Below, piece after piece: positions 1-8,628 of a stretch of 32,000 nucleotides of DNA (position 1 is the first letter of the stretch; each line of letters starts with the position of its first letter). A model generated the notes under the pieces. It was not told the DNA's origin. It searched no databases and saw only the letters and a program-made list of their open reading frames with translations. The stretch is from an uncultured beta proteobacterium (GTDB lineage Bacteria; Pseudomonadota; Gammaproteobacteria; Burkholderiales; SG8-41), in contig CAIWNB010000386.1 in NCBI GenBank assembly GCA_903913965.1, forward strand, positions 2,160-34,159, in the 5' to 3' direction. The position numbers and the translations under genes are program-made.

Positions 1-1
1 G

Positions 2-226
2 ATCACCATCGAGTATCTCGGCGAGATGCATTATCCCGGCGAAGTCGAGGTTGGCACGTTAGTGCGTCGCATCGGCAACAGTTCGGTGACCTACGGCCAG
101 GGAATTTTCTACAACGGCAAGTGTGCTTCGGTGGCTGAATCTGTGATGGTGATGCTGGACGGCAAAACGCGCCGTCCGAAGGCCTTGCCGGCGGCGGTTA
201 TTGCCGAACTGGAAACGATGCGTTAG
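2..226 (+). CDS. Hotdog-fold (4HBT/YbgC-like) acyl-CoA thioesterase, C-terminal fragment; 5' end lies outside the window
   Basis: The frame is open from base 2 (ITIEYLGEM...). ORF-track 26..226 is its tail, with stop TAG at 224-226. The sequence GEVEVGTLVRRIGNSSVTYGQGIF resembles the C-terminal half of 4HBT thioesterases. Family call from recall only. Confidence 0.55.
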   Translation: MTIEYLGEMHYPGEVEVGTLVRRIGNSSVTYGQGIFYNGKCASVAESVMVMLDGKTRRPKALPAAVIAELETMR

Positions 227-301
227 TCACGCCGGCGGCGGACGAACGCGCTGCAATCGGGGACGGAATTCGTTGGCCGCGTCCCGGATTAAGGTGGTTG
301 G

Positions 302-1264
302 TTATTCCGCGGTGGCGCCAGAGTCCTTGGCCGCCTTCGCCCATTTGGCGGTTTCTACTTTGACAAAGGCGGTTAGTTCCGCCGGCGTCGAAGGCGCCGG
401 GTCCATGCCCTGTAGTGCCATGCGTTCCTTCATCTCGGATGAATTGAGCGCCTTCACCATCTCTGCGTTGAGTTTGTCGACGATCGCTTTGGGCGTGGCG
501 ACCGGCGCGAACACCGCATACCAGATCGTTACTTCATAACCCGGCACGCCGCTCTCGACGATGGTCGGCACATCAGGCAATTGCGGGTTGCGTTTCGCGG
601 TGGTGACGCCGAGCGCGCGCACCCGGCCCGATTTCACAAAGTTGATGAGGCCGGCGAGGCTGGTGCACATCGCCTGCACCTGTCCGCCGAGCAAGTCGGC
701 GAGCGCCGGACCGGCACCCTTGTAAGGCACGTGGACAAGATTGATGCCGGTCATCGAGCGCAATAATTCCATCGACAAATGTGGCGGGCTGCCAACGCCC
801 GATGAACCGTAGTTGATCTTGCCGGGATTCGCTTTGGCGTAGGTGATGAATTCCTGCATTGACTTCACCGGTAGCGATGGGTGCACCACCAGCGCGTTGG
901 GTACTGTGCCGATCAGCGACACCGATGCGAAGTCTTTGAGATGATCGTAGGGCAGTTTTTTGTAGAGCGCCGGATTGACCGCATGTGTGGCAATCGAGCC
1001 GAGCAGCAGCGTGTAGCCGTCGGCCGTGGCTTTGGCCGCGTTATCGGCGCCGACACTGCCGCCACCGCCGCCGCGGTTTTCCACCACCACCTGCTGGCCC
1101 ATCGTTTCGGACAACTTGGCGGCGACCAGCCGACCGGTGAAGTCGGTGCCGCCGCCGGGCGCGGTTGGCACAATCAGACGCAGCGGACGTGCCGGGTAAT
1201 TTTGTGCATGGACCAAGGGCACAAGGCAGGGCACGAATGCCAGCAAACAAAATAGTTTTTTCAC
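302..1264 (-). CDS. Bug/TctC-family tripartite tricarboxylate transporter periplasmic substrate-binding protein (orphan, no tctA/tctB adjacent)
   Basis: 320 aa with a signal peptide (MKKLFCLLAFVPCLVPLVHA). The typical Bug N-terminus YPARPLRLIVPTAPGGGTDF is present. GTG start at 1264 is preceded by GGAGG 4 nt upstream. Confidence 0.85.
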   Translation of the reverse strand: MKKLFCLLAFVPCLVPLVHAQNYPARPLRLIVPTAPGGGTDFTGRLVAAKLSETMGQQVVVENRGGGGGSVGADNAAKATADGYTLLLGSIATHAVNPALYKKLPYDHLKDFASVSLIGTVPNALVVHPSLPVKSMQEFITYAKANPGKINYGSSGVGSPPHLSMELLRSMTGINLVHVPYKGAGPALADLLGGQVQAMCTSLAGLINFVKSGRVRALGVTTAKRNPQLPDVPTIVESGVPGYEVTIWYAVFAPVATPKAIVDKLNAEMVKALNSSEMKERMALQGMDPAPSTPAELTAFVKVETAKWAKAAKDSGATAE

Positions 1265-1279
1265 AGCGCCTCCGGAAAA

Positions 1280-2506
1280 TTATTTTTTGAATACTACGAT
1301 GCGGTTCGAATTGGTGCCTGAGGCATTGTTGTCCACGCCCCAGATGTTGGCTGTTTTGGTGAACTGTTGCTGGTTGATCAGCACGGCTTCGCAGTTAAAG
1401 CCGGCGGCAATGCCTACCGGTACCACATGTTCTTCGAGGCGTATCTTACCCTTGCGTACTTCACCGACCTCGAAGGCGACGTGGCCGCCGGCGCGCGTCA
1501 CGCGATAAAGCTCGGCGAAGACCGCGCTCATGCGCGTCCGCCATTCGTTGATGGTGCGGCTCATGGTGATATTGCCGGCGATGGCGTCGGCGTCGAGCGC
1601 GTTGAACCAGCAGCGCAGCCAGTTGTCGTTGGCGTACTGCACGACATCCAGAAACGGTGGTGAGGTGACGGTGAGTTGCACGCTGCCATCGGCGATCACC
1701 GGTGTGCAGTGCGCCGGGGTGGTCAGGCAGCGCGCGTCGGCCGCCGCCGCATGCAGATTAGCGCGCTGCGCAGCACTGAGTTCGCTTTGCAGAATGCGTG
1801 ATTTTTTCAGGATGACGGCGTGGGTATCGCGATATTCCGGCACCTGGCCGAGCTTGCGATTGATCTTGATCTGGTTTTCCGCTGAGGTCGCCTGATTAGG
1901 CGGCAGCGTATACACCGAGAAGAAACCCTTCGAATGACCGGTCAGGCGGTTGGTCGCCACCATGCGTATCCAGCGGTCGATGGCGTCTTCGTCGCCGGCT
2001 TTGCGACGGCGGCGCAGATAATTGCGCAGCGCCATGATCTCGGCGAGTGTGTCATCGTGATAGAACATCGACAGATCGGGAGCCTTGGGCCGTGCGGCTT
2101 TTTTCGGTAGCTCTGCAAGCCGTGTCTTGATGTCTTCGAGTGCGGGCAATTCGAGACGCGGTTGCGTCAGAATCGCACTCAGCGGATTGATATCGTTTTC
2201 GACTACCCGGCGGCCGCGCAGGGCGGCTTCGATCGAGGTGGTGCCGCGGCCGCTAAACGGGTCGTAGACGGTGTCGCCGGGCTGGCTCAAGCGTTCAATG
2301 AAGAATGCCGGTAGTTGCGGTTTGAAGCAGGCGCGGTAGGAAATTTCATGCAGACGCGCCGCCTGGCGTTGTTTCGCCGTCCAGAACTCACCGCAATAGA
2401 CGGCGACCGGTGCGGTGGTTAGCGGCAGCTCCCCGTCACGCGCCGGGGCCAGAGCGAATTGTTGGGTGCTGTGCGTGTAAGCGCCGTGTTCAAGCCAGGC
2501 GGGCAT
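1280..2506 (-). CDS. N6_N4-type DNA methyltransferase, orphan; AdoMet motif precedes the SPPF catalytic motif
   Basis: 408 aa. AdoMet-binding motif DPFSGRGTT lies near aa 81-89, followed by ENDINP. Catalytic motif TSPPF lies about 200 aa later (LTVTSPPFLDVVQY). The ATG at 2506 lies 17 nt inside the 3' end of glcF. No endonuclease-like ORF is adjacent. Confidence 0.75.
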   Translation of the reverse strand: MPAWLEHGAYTHSTQQFALAPARDGELPLTTAPVAVYCGEFWTAKQRQAARLHEISYRACFKPQLPAFFIERLSQPGDTVYDPFSGRGTTSIEAALRGRRVVENDINPLSAILTQPRLELPALEDIKTRLAELPKKAARPKAPDLSMFYHDDTLAEIMALRNYLRRRRKAGDEDAIDRWIRMVATNRLTGHSKGFFSVYTLPPNQATSAENQIKINRKLGQVPEYRDTHAVILKKSRILQSELSAAQRANLHAAAADARCLTTPAHCTPVIADGSVQLTVTSPPFLDVVQYANDNWLRCWFNALDADAIAGNITMSRTINEWRTRMSAVFAELYRVTRAGGHVAFEVGEVRKGKIRLEEHVVPVGIAAGFNCEAVLINQQQFTKTANIWGVDNNASGTNSNRIVVFKK

Positions 2507-3728
2507 CGAGCGCTTCTATCCAGTGCATCACGGGTAATCCGGTGGCGGTTTGTATATGCGCCTGGCAACCGACGTTGGCGGTGATGATGGCTGACGGCTG
2601 GCCGGCACTCAGGGCGGCGATTTTGTTGGTTAACAGCTGCTGTGACAAGTCCGGTTGCAGGATCGAGTAAGTGCCGGCCGAACCGCAGCATAAATGTGCG
2701 TTGGCCACCGGCGTTAGTTTAAAACCGAGTGCGCTGAGCAGCCCTTCAACGCGCCCCTTCATTTTCAGGCCATGCTGCAGCGAACAGGGCGGATGAAAGG
2801 CGAAAGTTTGGTCGGGTGTTGGGCTGGTGGCGTGAGGCGCGAGAGCCTTTAGTCCGGGCAATTCCGCGGCAATGATTTCACTGATGTCTTTCATCAGCGC
2901 TGTCACGCGAGCGGCTTTTTCCGCATACGCCGCATCGTGTGCCAGCAGCCGGCCGTAATCAGCGACCATGGTGGCGCAACCGCTGGCGGTCATGACGATG
3001 GCTTCGGCGCCTTGTTCAATCGAGGGCCACCACGCATCGATGTTGCGTCGCATGTAATTGAGCGCTTCTTCGGGCGCATCGAGATGTTGCGAGACGGCGC
3101 CGCAGCAGCCGGCCGAAGGCGGGCGCAGCAGCGTGATGCCCAGACGATGCAATACGCGAGCTGCAGCTGCATTGGTGTCGGGTGAGAGGGTTGGTTGCGC
3201 ACAACCTTCGAGCACCAGCATGGTCCGCGCATGGGCCGCGACCGGCCAGGCGCCACATGGCGCACGCGCAGGAATCTTGCGTTTGAGTACGGCGGGTAAC
3301 AGCGCCCGCACCATCTGGCCGGTGCGCAGCAGCGCAGCGAAGCGTTGCCGGTGCGGAATCACCGCGCGCAGTGCGAAACGGTTTAACGTGTCGAGCAAGC
3401 CGCGTCCGACCTGGGTGTGCACCACCTCGCGGCCGATGTCGAGCAGGCGGCCGTATTCGACGCCCGACGGGCAGGTGGATTCGCAGGCGCGGCAGGTCAG
3501 GCAACGGTCGAGATGGGTTTGGGTTTTGGCGGTCGCGGTTTTGCCCTCGAGTACCTGCTTGATCAGATAAATGCGCCCACGCGGGCCGTCGAGTTCATCG
3601 CCGAGCAATTGATAGGTCGGACAGGTCGCGGTGCAAAAGCCGCAATGCACGCAGGCCCGCAGGATGGCCTCGGCCTCTAGTCCGGCCGGCGTGTCTTTGA
3701 TGAAATCGGCAAGATGCGTTTGCATCAA
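2490..3728 (-). CDS. glcF: Glycolate oxidase iron-sulfur subunit GlcF
   Basis: 412 aa with two ferredoxin-type cluster motifs, CVHCGFCTATCP and CLTCRACESTCP. The C-terminal part has CCG-type cysteine motifs. ATGA overlap with the glcE stop (3725-3728). Confidence 0.9.
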   Translation of the reverse strand: MMQTHLADFIKDTPAGLEAEAILRACVHCGFCTATCPTYQLLGDELDGPRGRIYLIKQVLEGKTATAKTQTHLDRCLTCRACESTCPSGVEYGRLLDIGREVVHTQVGRGLLDTLNRFALRAVIPHRQRFAALLRTGQMVRALLPAVLKRKIPARAPCGAWPVAAHARTMLVLEGCAQPTLSPDTNAAAARVLHRLGITLLRPPSAGCCGAVSQHLDAPEEALNYMRRNIDAWWPSIEQGAEAIVMTASGCATMVADYGRLLAHDAAYAEKAARVTALMKDISEIIAAELPGLKALAPHATSPTPDQTFAFHPPCSLQHGLKMKGRVEGLLSALGFKLTPVANAHLCCGSAGTYSILQPDLSQQLLTNKIAALSAGQPSAIITANVGCQAHIQTATGLPVMHWIEALDARLA

Positions 3729-4891
3729 AACTCCGGATACAGACGGCCGGGATTAAAAATCCCGGCCGGATCAATTGCGCGTTTCAGATTACGGTGCAGC
3801 GTCATGAGTGCGGGAGAGAGCGGTTGAAAGACGCCAGCCGCTTTGTCACCGCCACGAAACAGCGTGGCATGGCCGCCGGCGCGTTGCGCCGCGTCACGCA
3901 CCGTGGCCGCATTCGCTGAGGCGGTGAGCCAACGCAGACTGCCGCCCCATTCGATCAGTTGATGACCTGCAAGCGCGAGCGGTGGCGTGCTTGATTTCAC
4001 CGACAAGCGCCAGAGTGGTGTATCGCTTGCGAAGAAGCCTGTGCGATGTTCACGCAGTTCACGCCAGTAACCGGCGGCCGTTGTTGCATCGACACGTTCG
4101 CCACCGAGTTGTTGGCTCGCCGCATTCACTGCGGCATGGGCGCCCGACAAACGCAGGCTCAACACGCCGTCGTGCCAGGCGCTGGCGCTCAAGGGTAGTG
4201 GTTTGCCGCCCCATTCGTTGAGCAGCCGGATCGCCGTTGCCGCGCTGTGTTCGAAACGCAGCGTGGCTTCGGCGGCGGGCAGGGGTAACACCTTGATCGA
4301 GACGTCGAGTAATGCGCCCAGCGTGCCGAGGGAGCCGGCGAACAGGCGCGAGACATCAAAGCCGGCGACGTTTTTCATGACCTTGCCGCCGAAGCGCAGT
4401 TCCCGGCCTTCGCCGTTGAGCACGCGCACACCGAGGACGAAATCACGCACGCTGCCGGCGCTGGCGCGGCGCGGCCCGGACAAACCGGCGGCGATGCAAC
4501 CGCCGAACGTGGCCATTGCGCTCGCAGTTCCCGCTGGCGCCGCTGCTGGGGCGGGCGTTACGCTGAAATGCGGCGGTTCAAATGCCAGCATCTGACCTTG
4601 TTCGCGCAGGGTGTTTTCAATTTCTACCAGTGGCGTGCCGGCGCGTGCCGTCAGCACCAGTTCGCTCGGCTCGTATTCGATGATGCCGCGGTATTGACCC
4701 AACTCAAGGAGTTCGCCGGCCAGGGCGCCACCATAAAAATCCTTGCTGCCGCCGCCGCGTATGCGCAAGGTGGCACCGCGCGCCTGCGCAGACTGGATCT
4801 GTGCGGCCAGTGACTGGATGGTGTCGTTCAAGTGCGGCTCGTTTTGGCGGTGGCTTAGAAAGGAATGTCGAAAATCGCCTTGACCGTCCAC
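3725..4891 (-). CDS. glcE: Glycolate oxidase FAD-binding subunit GlcE
   Basis: FAD-binding PCMH-type N-terminus (LRIRGGGSKDFYGG), positioned between glcD and glcF. The start is uncertain. The longest ORF starts at GTG 4891 and overlaps the upstream OMP gene by 37 nt. An in-frame TTG at 4831 (MNDTIQSL...) would remove the overlap. Confidence 0.85.
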   Translation of the reverse strand: MDGQGDFRHSFLSHRQNEPHLNDTIQSLAAQIQSAQARGATLRIRGGGSKDFYGGALAGELLELGQYRGIIEYEPSELVLTARAGTPLVEIENTLREQGQMLAFEPPHFSVTPAPAAAPAGTASAMATFGGCIAAGLSGPRRASAGSVRDFVLGVRVLNGEGRELRFGGKVMKNVAGFDVSRLFAGSLGTLGALLDVSIKVLPLPAAEATLRFEHSAATAIRLLNEWGGKPLPLSASAWHDGVLSLRLSGAHAAVNAASQQLGGERVDATTAAGYWRELREHRTGFFASDTPLWRLSVKSSTPPLALAGHQLIEWGGSLRWLTASANAATVRDAAQRAGGHATLFRGGDKAAGVFQPLSPALMTLHRNLKRAIDPAGIFNPGRLYPEF

Positions 4892-5652
4892 TGATCGGTG
4901 GCGCCGGTCATGCCGCGGCCGACGCCGACATTGAAGGCCAGCGGTTTACGGTCGAAATCCATGACGAGATACAACGTATTGTCCTGCAGACTGTGCGGCA
5001 ACGGGTGGTTGAGCTTGCCGACACTTGAATAATATTCAGCGCCCAAGGCAATGCCGGGGGCGACGTCGTGCGCTGCTTTGAAGCCCATCACCATGTCGGG
5101 GCCGCCATTGCGGTAACCCGGCGAGAGATCCCAGCCGAGTATCGGATTAAAGCCGAGCAACCAGTTATCGGCGCGATAGCCGCTGATAAAGCGCACTTCG
5201 CTGCTCACAGGTGAATCCGAATAACGTTTGTCGACGCGCGCGAGTTCGACGTTGACGCCGGCGTAATAGCCCGGATTGTCCTCGGCGGGTTTCACCGGCA
5301 GCCACTTCAGGCGCAGTTTGGCGCCGGAGGCGGAAAAGCTGCCGTCGGCTTCGCGCACCGTCGGCAAATAGAGGCCGGCTTCGAGATCCTTGTTGATGCC
5401 GTAGGAAAACTCTGGCGTCAGGCGCAAGCCGTGGCGCGGGATCGAATCGCCCGGGTAATCCGGTGTGCTGCGGCCTGCCGGCGTGGTGTTTACATGCAAC
5501 TCGAGACCGAATTCCCCCGGCTTGTTGATGTCATCGGTATAGACCTGGATTTCATCGTTGATGGCATGCGCCTGTGGCTGCAACAACAACAGTGCTGCTG
5601 CGGCCAGTTGTGTGCATAGTTTGCGCAATTGTTTTTTATTGTGGTGAAACAT
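4855..5652 (-). CDS. Outer-membrane beta-barrel protein, MetA-pathway/phenol-degradation-like transporter family
   Basis: 265 aa with a signal peptide ending AHA. The mature N-terminus is INDEIQVYTDDINKPGEFGLELHVN. Beta-strand-like segments alternate along the protein, and it ends with an aromatic residue (FDIPF). Strong RBS GGAGGGGAG lies upstream of the ATG at 5652. Family call from recall. Confidence 0.65.
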   Translation of the reverse strand: MFHHNKKQLRKLCTQLAAAALLLLQPQAHAINDEIQVYTDDINKPGEFGLELHVNTTPAGRSTPDYPGDSIPRHGLRLTPEFSYGINKDLEAGLYLPTVREADGSFSASGAKLRLKWLPVKPAEDNPGYYAGVNVELARVDKRYSDSPVSSEVRFISGYRADNWLLGFNPILGWDLSPGYRNGGPDMVMGFKAAHDVAPGIALGAEYYSSVGKLNHPLPHSLQDNTLYLVMDFDRKPLAFNVGVGRGMTGATDQWTVKAIFDIPF

Positions 5653-5684
5653 CGGGCTCCCCTCCGTATCAAATCATTATTTTT

Positions 5685-7172
5685 TTAGTAGCGCGGAATA
5701 TCCGCGAATTTTTCGGCACCCGCATGCACATGCATACGCCCGAATTCAGCGCAGCGGTGCAGCGTTGGCACGGCTTTGCCCGGATTGAGCAGGGCGTGTT
5801 CGTCGAAGGCTGCTTTCACCGCATGAAACAGCGCCAGTTCGGCGGCGCTGAATTGCACGCACATGGAATCTATTTTTTCCACGCCAACGCCGTGTTCGCC
5901 GGTAATAGTGCCGCCAAATTCAATCGACAGCTTGAGGATTTCCGCGCCAAAGGCCTCGGTGCTCTCGAGTTCCCCCGGGCGGTTGGCGTCATACAAGATC
6001 AACGGATGCAGATTACCGTCGCCGGCATGAAACACGTTCATGCAGCGCAGACCATATTTGGCGGATAGTGCGGTGATCGCATTGAGCATGGGGGCGAGCG
6101 ACTTTTTCGGAATGGTGCCGTCCATGCAATAGTAGTCAGGCGAGACGCGGCCGGCAGCGGGAAATGCCGACTTGCGTCCGGCCCAGAAGCGCAGGCGTTC
6201 GACCTCGTTTTGCGAGACGCGCACTGCAGTCGCGCCGCTGTTTTGCATGACTTCCGTCATGCGCGCGATTTCCTCGGCGACTTCGGTGGCGGTGCCGTCG
6301 GCCTCGCAGAGCAGGATGGCGGCTGCATCCAGCGGGTAGCCGGCTTTGACAAACGGTTCGACTGCACCGGTGGTGATCTTGTCCATCATCTCAAGACCCG
6401 CTGGAATGATGCCGGCGGCAATCACGTTGGCAACTGCTGCACCGGCCTTGGCGATATCGTCAAACGCCGCCAGCACGCATTGTGCGTGTTGCGGCACCGG
6501 CAGCAGTTTGACCGTCACCTCGGTGATGACGGCGAGCAAGCCTTCAGAGCCTGTCAGTAGCGCGAGCAGATCGTAACCGGCGGCATCGAGTCCATCACTG
6601 CCGATTTCAAGGAGTTCGCCCTCGATCGTCCAGGCGCGCAGCTTGAGAACGTTATGGACGGTCAGTCCGTACTTCAGGCAATGCATGCCGCCGGCATTTT
6701 CAGCAACGTTGCCACCGATCGAGCAGGCGATCTGGCTCGACGGGTCGGGCGCGTAAAACAGGCCCAGCGGTGCGGCGGCTTCGGAGATCGCCAGGTTACG
6801 CACGCCCGGCTGCAAACGCGCGGTGCGCGCCAGCGGATCGATGTCGAGGATGCGCATGAAGCGCGCCAGCGACAGCAAGACGCCGTTAGATAAGGGCAGC
6901 GCGCCGCCGGATAGTCCGGTGCCGGCGCCGCGTGCAACCACCGGCACACGCAGGCGGTAACAGAGACGCAGAATGTCGCGCACCTGTTCTTCAGTCTCGG
7001 GTAGCACGACCACCATCGGCAGGCGACGATAGGCGGACAGCCCGTCACATTCGTACGGTTGCACGTCTTCGCGCTCGTGCAACAGCGCCTGGGGCGGCAC
7101 GATTGCAGACAACGCATCCACCACCTGCTGTTGCAGCGTGCGGTCTATGGTGATTTCGGCGGGCATCGACAT
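5685..7172 (-). CDS. glcD: Glycolate oxidase FAD-linked subunit GlcD
   Basis: 495 aa FAD-linked oxidase (VVARGAGTGLSGGALP). The C-terminal FAD-oxidase_C region contains GTITGEHGVG. It is the first gene of the glcD..glcF cluster. Confidence 0.9.
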   Translation of the reverse strand: MSMPAEITIDRTLQQQVVDALSAIVPPQALLHEREDVQPYECDGLSAYRRLPMVVVLPETEEQVRDILRLCYRLRVPVVARGAGTGLSGGALPLSNGVLLSLARFMRILDIDPLARTARLQPGVRNLAISEAAAPLGLFYAPDPSSQIACSIGGNVAENAGGMHCLKYGLTVHNVLKLRAWTIEGELLEIGSDGLDAAGYDLLALLTGSEGLLAVITEVTVKLLPVPQHAQCVLAAFDDIAKAGAAVANVIAAGIIPAGLEMMDKITTGAVEPFVKAGYPLDAAAILLCEADGTATEVAEEIARMTEVMQNSGATAVRVSQNEVERLRFWAGRKSAFPAAGRVSPDYYCMDGTIPKKSLAPMLNAITALSAKYGLRCMNVFHAGDGNLHPLILYDANRPGELESTEAFGAEILKLSIEFGGTITGEHGVGVEKIDSMCVQFSAAELALFHAVKAAFDEHALLNPGKAVPTLHRCAEFGRMHVHAGAEKFADIPRY

Positions 7173-7344
7173 GGCCGCAGTGTACGCCAGAGCCAGCGCT
7201 TCGTGCCAACCGCGCGTGCTTGATTGCGCAAGCGCAAGAGGGCCGGATGCGAAGCGCGGGTAACGCGGGTATCATGGCGGCCTGTGATCGTGGCACGCCT
7301 AGGGTCTGTGCCGATCGTAAATCTGCCATTGAAAGCCTTCCGTT

Positions 7345-8541
7345 ATGACCACTAACACCACCCGCCGTGGGCCGCTGGCCCCCTATCGTGTTGTCGACCT
7401 GACCCGTGTGCGTTCGGGCCCGACCTGCGTGCGCCAGCTTGCCGACTGGGGCGCCGACGTCATTAAAATTGAATCACCACCCGGGCTGGATCTGGCCGAT
7501 AGCTGGGGCGACAAGCGCCACGGTCCCGACTTTCAGAATCTGCACCGCAACAAACGTGCGATGACACTCAATCTGAAAGATCCCGACGGCATCAAGATTT
7601 TCCGCAAACTCACCGATTGCGGCGATGTGGTCGTCGAGAACTTCCGGCCTGACGTGAAGTTCCGTTTGGGGATTGATTACGAAACACTGAAGACCACCAA
7701 CAAGCGTCTCGTCTACGCCAGCATTTCCGGTTTTGGTCAGGACGGGCCTTATGTGAAGCGCGCCGGCTTTGACCAGATCACCCAGGGCATGGGTGGTCTG
7801 ATGCAGATTACCGGTGAACCGGGCACCGGCCCGATGCGTGCCGGCATTGCGATTTCCGACTCCAGCGCCGGCGTGTATTGTGCGTTGGGCGTCATGACGG
7901 CGCTGCTCGAACGCGAACACTCCGGTGAAGGTCAGTGGGTGAAGGTTTCGCTGTTGCAGGCGATGATTGCAATGTGTGATTTTCAGGCGGCGCGCTGGAC
8001 GGTGGCGAAAGAGGTGGCACCGCAGGCTGGTAACGACCATCCGACCGGCATCCCCACCGGTGTGTTTCAAACCGCCGACGGTTATATCAATATCGCCGCC
8101 GGCGGGCAGGCGATGTGGGAACGTTTATGCAAGGCGATGAAATCCGAGCACCTGATGCAGGTGCCGGAATTTCTCGATGCCACGCTGCGTTCGAAAAACC
8201 GCAAGCAGGTCAATGCCGCGGTCAATGAAATTACGAGCACCAAGAGCAGCAAGGACTGGCTGGAGATTTTCGAGGCCGCCGGCACTGCTTGCGGGCCGAT
8301 TTACAAGATGAACGAGGTGTTCGCCGATCCGCAGGTGCAGCATTTGCACATGGCCGCCCCCGTGCACCATCCGGTGCTGGGCGACATCGAGCTCGTCAAC
8401 CAGCCGATCGAACTGTCGCGTACGCCAAGCGAAATCCGCACGGCGACACCGGAGTGCGGCGAGCATACCGATGAAGTTATGCACGAACTTGGTTATAGCG
8501 ACGGCGAGATTGCCGATTTGCGTAAGCGCATCGTCATCTAG
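7345..8541 (+). CDS. Family III (CaiB/BaiF) CoA-transferase, substrate unknown
   Basis: 398 aa with the N-terminus PLAPYRVVDLTRVRSGPTCVRQLADWGADVIKIE typical of family III CoA-transferases. A candidate catalytic Asp lies in AGIAISDSSAG. Confidence 0.85.
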   Translation: MTTNTTRRGPLAPYRVVDLTRVRSGPTCVRQLADWGADVIKIESPPGLDLADSWGDKRHGPDFQNLHRNKRAMTLNLKDPDGIKIFRKLTDCGDVVVENFRPDVKFRLGIDYETLKTTNKRLVYASISGFGQDGPYVKRAGFDQITQGMGGLMQITGEPGTGPMRAGIAISDSSAGVYCALGVMTALLEREHSGEGQWVKVSLLQAMIAMCDFQAARWTVAKEVAPQAGNDHPTGIPTGVFQTADGYINIAAGGQAMWERLCKAMKSEHLMQVPEFLDATLRSKNRKQVNAAVNEITSTKSSKDWLEIFEAAGTACGPIYKMNEVFADPQVQHLHMAAPVHHPVLGDIELVNQPIELSRTPSEIRTATPECGEHTDEVMHELGYSDGEIADLRKRIVI

Positions 8542-8566
8542 CCCGTCATTGCGCCGGCAATAAAAC

Positions 8567-8608
8567 GGGGCGGTTGCCGCGATCGTATCGCGCGGCAACC
8601 GCCCCTTT
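8567..8608. terminator. Bidirectional rho-independent terminator between convergent genes
   Basis: GGGGCGGTTGCCGCG (8567-8581) pairs with CGCGGCAACCGCCCC (8591-8605), a 15-bp GC-rich stem. It is followed by TTT on the + strand and preceded by AATAAAAC, which reads as a T-run on the - strand. It lies between the CoA-transferase stop (8541) and the glxR stop (8629). Confidence 0.7.
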
Positions 8609-8628
8609 GCTGTGCTGAGTGCGCGTGA

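Noticed and set aside
227-301. Possible terminator hairpin (GGGACG...CGTCCC) between the thioesterase and the Bug-protein gene.
   Set aside because: It has only about 6 bp of pairing, a roughly 14-nt loop, a bulge and no T-run.
7271-7288. ATCA-N10-TGAT dyad, and a nearby TTGCGCAAGCGCAAG repeat (about 7221-7240), as possible regulator boxes for glcD or the CoA-transferase.
   Set aside because: The motifs are short and have low information content. No cognate regulator (GlcC/LysR) is in the window, so I cannot distinguish them from chance in a 170-nt region.
7291-7308. TGGCACGCCTAGGGTCTG in the glcD / CoA-transferase divergent region looked like a sigma-54 -24 element.
   Set aside because: There is no GC dinucleotide at the required -12 spacing; positions 12-15 read GGGT rather than TTGC.
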